From positions 256,001-320,000 of the forward strand of contig CAWHAE010000016.1 of the NCBI GenBank assembly GCA_963827235.1: a stretch of 64,000 nucleotides of DNA. Reading direction: 5' to 3'. Below the pieces are notes generated by a model. The model had not been told where the DNA came from. It saw only the letters and a program-made list of their open reading frames with translations, and did not search any database. The stretch comes from an uncultured bacterium. GTDB taxonomy: Bacteria; Chloroflexota; UBA5177; JANWHV01. This document shows positions 60,974-64,000 of this stretch, one piece after another; the first letter of the stretch is position 1; every line of letters starts with the position of its first letter. Made by a program: the position numbers and the translations under genes.

Positions 60974-62077
60974 AGCCGTCTCCGGCTGCAAAAAATCTCG
61001 CCGCGCGCCCACTGCAGCACATCGGCCGCCGCGACGGGGCAATCGCCACCCGTTAGCCACGGTGCAAACACGATCCCCGACGGTGCATAAGCACGAATGG
61101 AGTATAGCAACAACACAGTCCGCTACTGATCGACCCACGTAGCGCCGAAAGCACCTGAGATCCGATGCTGTTGGCAAACGGTGCACGACACGCTAGCGCG
61201 CTCATTGCTACTGCAGTGGATCATTGCCAGCTCATCCTAACAGTGTACATGTATATTGACACTGCACCGAACACGACCCAATACATTACCAGACAACCAT
61301 TGCCCCGGCTCGCACTGTGCGTCCCAAGGGCAAGCGGCAGCTCATTCCCTACGCCTGCCTAGAGTCTGGCCAGGGCGGGCCCTCAGGGCCCGACTGAATA
61401 TCGCGCTGGGCAGGCCGTGAGGTTCCCCACGATGATCGGATCGCTCGATCATTGATCACTCGCACGACCACTGCTTGCTCGTCGTGGCCCGCCCGCGCGC
61501 TCAAGAGGACGGCAGCGGCCTACTCCACCATGAAGAACAGCGCCTGCAGCACCAGCAGAGTCTGTCAGCAGAAGGCGCCGGGACCCAGCGACGATTAACG
61601 CCAAATTGCCGGGCGTCATCATCAGACTTTCGGGGGAATGCATGGACCCCAGCAGTCTAGCGACTCCGCAATCATTGACGAACAGTGTGACGCCTCGCGA
61701 CTTCGGGTGCGCGCCGCCAAATACGTCGAATCCCGAGCCCCTGAGGTGAACGCTGCTTCGGCCCTCCACGACTCTCGAACGCGGGCCACCCATGCCTGGC
61801 TGCCTCCTTTGTGACGCGTTGCCGAGCGATTGACGATGTAAGCTTGCCTGCAAGGAGGTGCCTTGCCAACGGCCGCGGCACTGCATACCCAAGCGCGGAA
61901 CGGCCGAGTCCGATGTCAATGATCAGTAGCACGCTCAATGACCGAGGTCGCGCAGTGCCGATTCCAAGCAATGTGATTAGCCGCTGATGGTGCTAGAGCG
62001 CCGGGCAGCCGAAGACGTCCAGGAGGTCCGCTTTCGTGACCGGCTCCGACGTCAGAACTACAATCCGGCCGCCGTGC

Positions 62078-63442
62078 TCAGTCGGCTCCCAATCGACGCT
62101 CGCCTTCATGGACTCGCCACAACATGACAGTACCGATGAGCGTGACCGCCGTCGCGGCGGCGAGGGCGAGGGAATAATGGCGATGGTCGAGCACTGCAAT
62201 CGCAACGAACGGAAACACCGTGCCGCGAACACCTATAAGTATGGAATGTAGGCCCATGTAGAGTGGGACGTCCCCCGGCGTGCGGCGCGCGTAGTGAATG
62301 ACCGCTGCCACCGGGCCGATCTCGAAACCAGCGCTTGCCACGCCCAGCCCAAACACGGCTGGCGCGAGCCAGAATGTGGCCGGGGCGAACAGCATGCTCA
62401 ACGGGTAGAATGACTCGCACAGGCCGACCACGAGCATGGTGAAGATCGGACCGCGCCGATCGATGATTCGCCCCCACACGAACCACGACGACAGATAGCC
62501 GACGGAAGTGACCACGGCAAGGACGCCGAATGGCCCGTATCCGGCGTGCAGCTTGTCCACGATGACGAGCGGGTACAGCGTCGCGGCCATGATGGCGCCC
62601 GAAGCCATGAGCGATACCCATAGCTCATAGCGCGCGAACGCGCGATCGCGCACCAGGATCCCGATCGTGCTGCGCATAGACTGCCGTGGGCGAGGCGGCG
62701 GATAGACCGGCGTCATCTTGAAAAAGGCGATAAGTGAAAGGAGGGACAGGACACCGCCCACGCCAAAGACAGCCTGGTAGCCCACGTATCTCGAGCCAAG
62801 CAGCCACGCGGTAAGCAGCGACGAGAGGGTCATCACGATGCCGCCGCCCACGCGCACCAGGCTCATCAGCTGTCCGCGATACTCACGCGGATACACGTGC
62901 TGCATCACCTCGGCGTAGAACGGCCCCGTCATGCTGCCAATCACGAAGAACATGGAGATCGCGACCATGTAGGGCGTGGGGCCGCTCAAAAACACGATTG
63001 GCAGCAGAGCGCCGCGCCCCACGACGAAGGCAGACATGAGGAACGGCCGGCTAGCCCGGCCGGTGAACAGCAGCGATGCCGGCATCGAGAGCACGCAGCC
63101 AATCGCGCCCATGGAGGCGAGCACGCTGATGCCAAACTGGCTCACACCTATGGTGCGGGCTACGACGTAGATGTAGCCCACGACCGAACCATTGAACACG
63201 CCGTAGAGGAGTGCCCCGACGAGGTCGAGCCGGAAGTCGCGCCTGACCCGGGCGCTGACCGGGAGGTTCAGTGAGAAGAACCCGCGAAGGGCACGCGCCC
63301 CGTAGGCGATGCGAAACGCCGCTCCTGCTCCGATCTCGCTCCCCGCCGGGGACGGACCTGCTACGGCTGCAGTACGCGGCCCACTCGCTGGGCGGCTGCC
63401 GGCATCGACGCCGCAGTTCTCCTCATGGGTTCGACTCACCAC
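62078..63442 (-). CDS. MFS transporter
   Basis: About 12 TM helices; YPREYRGQ, WGRIIDRRG motif A in the C-terminal half. Confidence 0.88.
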   Translation of the reverse strand: MVSRTHEENCGVDAGSRPASGPRTAAVAGPSPAGSEIGAGAAFRIAYGARALRGFFSLNLPVSARVRRDFRLDLVGALLYGVFNGSVVGYIYVVARTIGVSQFGISVLASMGAIGCVLSMPASLLFTGRASRPFLMSAFVVGRGALLPIVFLSGPTPYMVAISMFFVIGSMTGPFYAEVMQHVYPREYRGQLMSLVRVGGGIVMTLSSLLTAWLLGSRYVGYQAVFGVGGVLSLLSLIAFFKMTPVYPPPRPRQSMRSTIGILVRDRAFARYELWVSLMASGAIMAATLYPLVIVDKLHAGYGPFGVLAVVTSVGYLSSWFVWGRIIDRRGPIFTMLVVGLCESFYPLSMLFAPATFWLAPAVFGLGVASAGFEIGPVAAVIHYARRTPGDVPLYMGLHSILIGVRGTVFPFVAIAVLDHRHYSLALAAATAVTLIGTVMLWRVHEGERRLGAD

Positions 63443-63702
63443 TTAACGATAGCACGTTGAATAGGTCGCTGGGCCTGGCAGCGCAGACTGCCGTCAACGC
63501 CCTGTTCCCGGGACTCAGTGCTGTCTCGCCACCGGTTGGGCCACTGGGAGTTGCCAACAACATGGTGATATGGGCTCCTCGAGCACCGATCCGAGATCGG
63601 GCTGCAGCGTTTGAGAACGATTCGCACAGATGTATACACGTTAACTCTGCGCGTATAGTATGGACTGCATGACCGATCAGTTGGTGGAAGGGAATCACGG
63701 CC

Positions 63703-64000
63703 ATGGGAACCAGGAAGCTTGTCGCTCGGATTGAACCACGCCTAGCACGGCTGCTGGCCTCTCGGCCGGCGACTCCCATCATCCTGACCGGCACGCTGGC
63801 GCTCGCCGGCCTTGGGGCCGGCATTCTCACACCGGCCGCGGCGCAGCACAGCCAGGTGCAGGTGGTCCAGATCCCGGCTCTGCAGCTAAGCTCCTGGCAC
63901 ACGTTCTGCGGCCCGGATCCGGACGGTGACGGCCACGTGGTGTGCCACATTCTGGCGAGCCAAGTCGCTGCGGTGCCCAACCTGGGCTGCTCAGGCCCCG
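63703..64000 (+). CDS. 5' part of a probable secreted protein (runs off the window)
   Basis: ATG 63703, open to the end: MGTRKLVARI...IILTGTLALAGLGAGILTPAAAQHSQ...WHTFCGPDPDGDGHVVCH; upstream TATAGT. Confidence 0.6.
   Translation, partial: MGTRKLVARIEPRLARLLASRPATPIILTGTLALAGLGAGILTPAAAQHSQVQVVQIPALQLSSWHTFCGPDPDGDGHVVCHILASQVAAVPNLGCSGP

Noticed and set aside
61993-62109. Short minus-strand ORF MKASVDWEPTEHGGRIVVLTSEP... overlapping the MFS stop
   Set aside because: Only 38 aa, overlaps another gene, and has no recognisable family or clear RBS.

Overview
High-GC bacterial genomic window; gene style suggests a soil monoderm such as Chloroflexota or Actinomycetota, which is inference only. 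I saw no rRNA, tRNA, CRISPR array, integrase or transposase. Layout: (1) 0.2-12 kb mixed accessory genes: an XRE-HTH/degenerate cyclase/ATPase/TPR regulator divergent from a secreted FN3 plus beta-trefoil-like protein, GNAT, ornithine cyclodeaminase-family enzyme, zf-UBP, GHL15-like glycosidase, DedA, rhodanese with a CsoR/CstR-type operator, sulfocyanin. (2) 12-28 kb LacI-controlled divergent sugar/glycoside locus (ABC importer, GH1, oxidoreductases, LarA-family epimerase) with two mirror-image TTGACA-N17-TATGAT promoters, each followed by the same operator. (3) 28.7-49.9 kb, the best candidate for an undescribed system: 23 consecutive + strand genes. An atypical AGE-family enzyme and GlgX are interleaved with a sigma-factor-less partner switch (2 STAS, PP2C, RsbW-like kinase). 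Then come a non-canonical MinD/ParA ATPase, a small protein and an Npt/TLC transporter that share a C-terminal LDF tail, an output-less HAMP sensor, and an enzyme block (2 DJ-1/PfpI, ThDP enzyme, 7 NTF2/SnoaL domains, GMC oxidase, VOC, MFS exporter) with no PKS/NRPS. (4) 50-64 kb transporters, regulators and hypotheticals. Three genes carry single-base frameshifts that look like sequencing errors. All family calls come from reading motifs by eye; no database searches were run, and start codons were chosen from RBS context.
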